DNA of 64,000 nucleotides from Giardia intestinalis (Eukaryota): NCBI GenBank assembly GCA_000002435.2, contig CM018792.1; one strand, 5' to 3'. Shown piece by piece: positions 62,479 to 64,000 of this stretch (position 1 is its first letter; each line of letters starts with the position of its first letter). The notes under the pieces were generated by a model. It saw only the letters and a program-made list of their open reading frames with translations, ran no database searches and was not told where the DNA came from. The position numbers and the translations under genes were made by a program.

Positions 62479-64000
62479 TGGAGTGTGATATGCACAAAGG
62501 CTGAGGGAGGAGTATGCACTGAGTGTAATACAGATAACGGCCTGTTCAAGAACCCGGCTGCAACAGTGACTCCTGGTGGGGAGTGCATCCTCTGCTGGGA
62601 CACGGTGGGAGATGGCGCGACGAAGGGAGTCGAGGGCTGTGCCACATGTACGGCACCACAGAATGCAGGAGCAGCTACATGTGATACCTGCCAAGATGGA
62701 TACTACATGGACTCTCAGGCATGTGTCAAATGTAATGACGCTTGTCTGACTTGCGATGGAAGTGGCCAGAATGCGTGCACATCGTGTCCAGAGGGGAAGT
62801 ACCTGAAGGGTGATAACACTTGTGTAGATGCTAATCAATGTGGTGCTGATAAGTACGCAGACAAGAAGACCTGGACCTGCAAGGCATGTGATCCCGACAT
62901 AGCTGGGTGCACCGCATGTGAATATAATGATGCCACGGGGAAGCCGAAGTGCACCAATTGTAACGGGAAGCTGATAAGAACTGCTGCCGACGGGACGACA
63001 ACGTGCGTTGAGGCAAATGGGTGCGCTCAAAATAACGTCGCAGGTACGCACTTTCTGACCACAACCAGTGACAAGTGCCTACTGTGTAACGACGTTAGCG
63101 ATACCAGCGAACCGGCCAATAAGGGAGTCGAGGGGTGCGGCAAATGTAAAAAAGAGAATTCTAACGCAGCCCCAGTCTGCACAGAATGCCTGGAGGGATA
63201 TTACAGTAGCGGTGGTAGCCCTGTTACATGCAAGCCCTGTGTAGACAACTGTGGCGCATGCACTGCGGAAGACATGGGGACGTGTACAAAGTGCAAGCCA
63301 GGGTACTTCCTTAAGGATGGTCAGAGAACAAAGGAGTGCGTTCCTTGTAGTGATACAACCAAAGGTGGCATCGATGGCTGCAGTGTCTGCTCGAATGATG
63401 GCAATACTTTCAAGTGCACCGATTGTAAGCCCAACTATCGCAAGCAGAGCGATAGCAGTCCTGGCTCTGTCACATGTACCAAGACTTGTGAGGATCCTAC
63501 AGCTTGTGGTGGTACCTCTGGTGCCTGTGATGCCATAGTGATCAATGAGAATGGAAAGGAGCTTCACTACTGTTCATACTGTGGAGATAGCTCACAAGCT
63601 CCCATTAATGGAAAATGCACAAGTACTAACGAGGGAAATGATGGATGTGCTAATGGTGTCTGCAAGTCTTGTGCCGCTGCTAACTACTTCCTCTATATGG
63701 GAGGGTGCTATGATGCGTCGAAGGCTCCCGGTAGTCACATATGCAAGACAGCTGAAGGTGGTAAGTGCACTGCTGTTAATGATGGTAATAGGTACTTCGT
63801 AGTCCCTGGGGCACAGACCACTGATCAGTCTGTGTTGGCATGTGGTAACCCCCTAGGCACACTAGTAGATCCTCAAGGTACCGCTAAGGCATATGTGGGG
63901 GTAGATGGCTGCTCCCAGTGCACAGCCCCGACAGCTCTAACAACAGCTGGTATGACCCCCGCTGTCTGTACCTCCTGTGACAGTGATAGGAAGCCCAACA
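62479..64000 (+). pseudogene. VSP cassette C: a more divergent start-less VSP unit that runs off the window end, so it is absent from the complete-ORF track.
   Basis: Opens TAA-TGG-AGT-GTG-ATA-TGC-ACA (WSVICTKAEGGVCTECNTDNG...). It stays stop-free to position 64000 and contains ...TCEDPTACGGTSGACDAIVINENGKELHYCSYCG...YMGGCYDASKAPGSH... Confidence 0.65.

Noticed and set aside
56512-63567. Numerous minus-strand ORFs inside the VSP array (e.g. 56512-56904, 58298-58738, 62230-63051; HYHTITHYH-type peptides)
   Set aside because: These are antisense artefacts of Cys/Thr/Gly-codon-rich sequence and of the GTGATAG repeat. They have no starts with sensible context, and they duplicate exactly with the sense cassettes.
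1-64000. Interpreting the window as a prokaryotic accessory/defence island (operons, toxin-antitoxin, CRISPR)
   Set aside because: The gene content is unmistakably eukaryotic: Rab1 GTPase with a GCC tail, RPB5, a Brr2-type helicase, a G6PD-6PGL fusion and VSP CRGKA tails. The poly(A) signals are Giardia-type AGTRAAY and there are no Shine-Dalgarno-like patterns.
55026-64000. Regular about 1.83-kb periodicity with short conserved spacers, superficially CRISPR-like
   Set aside because: The repeating units are protein-coding VSP cassettes, not 25-40-bp direct repeats with unique spacers. The short repeats are a microsatellite.

Overview
This 64-kb window reads as a gene-dense, intron-poor eukaryotic chromosome segment, almost certainly from Giardia intestinalis (lamblia). 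Three lines of evidence support that. First, several ORFs end in the diplomonad-specific VSP tail (...[10 protein letters not shown](V/I)CRGKA-stop), followed by the VSP-type extended poly(A) signal ACTTAGGTAGTGAAT. Second, there is a G6PD::6PGL fusion enzyme with G6PD at the N-terminus, the Giardia/Trichomonas orientation. Third, most genes are preceded by very short AT-rich initiator regions and followed by AGTRAAY poly(A) signals a few nt after the stop.

The supplied ORF track accepts GTG/TTG as starts, so I re-set starts to the first plausible ATG by reading the sequence. About 25 protein genes on both strands are supported:
- two tandem papain-family cysteine peptidases with long N-terminal extensions (cathepsin-C-like)
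- Rab1
- a 2421-aa double-cassette Ski2-like/Sec63 helicase (Brr2/ASCC3 family)
- several long hypothetical proteins, including a 3080-aa giant
- G6PD-6PGL and 6-phosphogluconate dehydrogenase adjacent and co-oriented, so all three oxidative pentose-phosphate steps sit in about 3.8 kb
- a secreted EGF-like high-cysteine protein
- an MFS-like transporter
- the tRNA m1A58 methyltransferase subunit TRM61
- a CBS-domain protein
- alanyl-tRNA synthetase
- the RNA polymerase subunit RPB5

The last about 10.6 kb is a VSP locus. It holds one intact VSP with a signal peptide, then at least five head-to-tail VSP cassettes that lack an ATG and a signal peptide. Each cassette opens in frame right after a TAA as TGG-AGT-GTG, keeps the TM/CRGKA tail and the VSP poly(A) signal, and is separated from the next by a GTGATAG-type variable-number repeat. 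One cassette is frameshifted and one is a clear chimera of two others. I read this as a silent, recombining VSP donor-cassette array; it is the most interesting structure in the window.

No prokaryotic-style systems (CRISPR, operons, defence islands) are present, and no rRNA or tRNA genes could be supported by eye.
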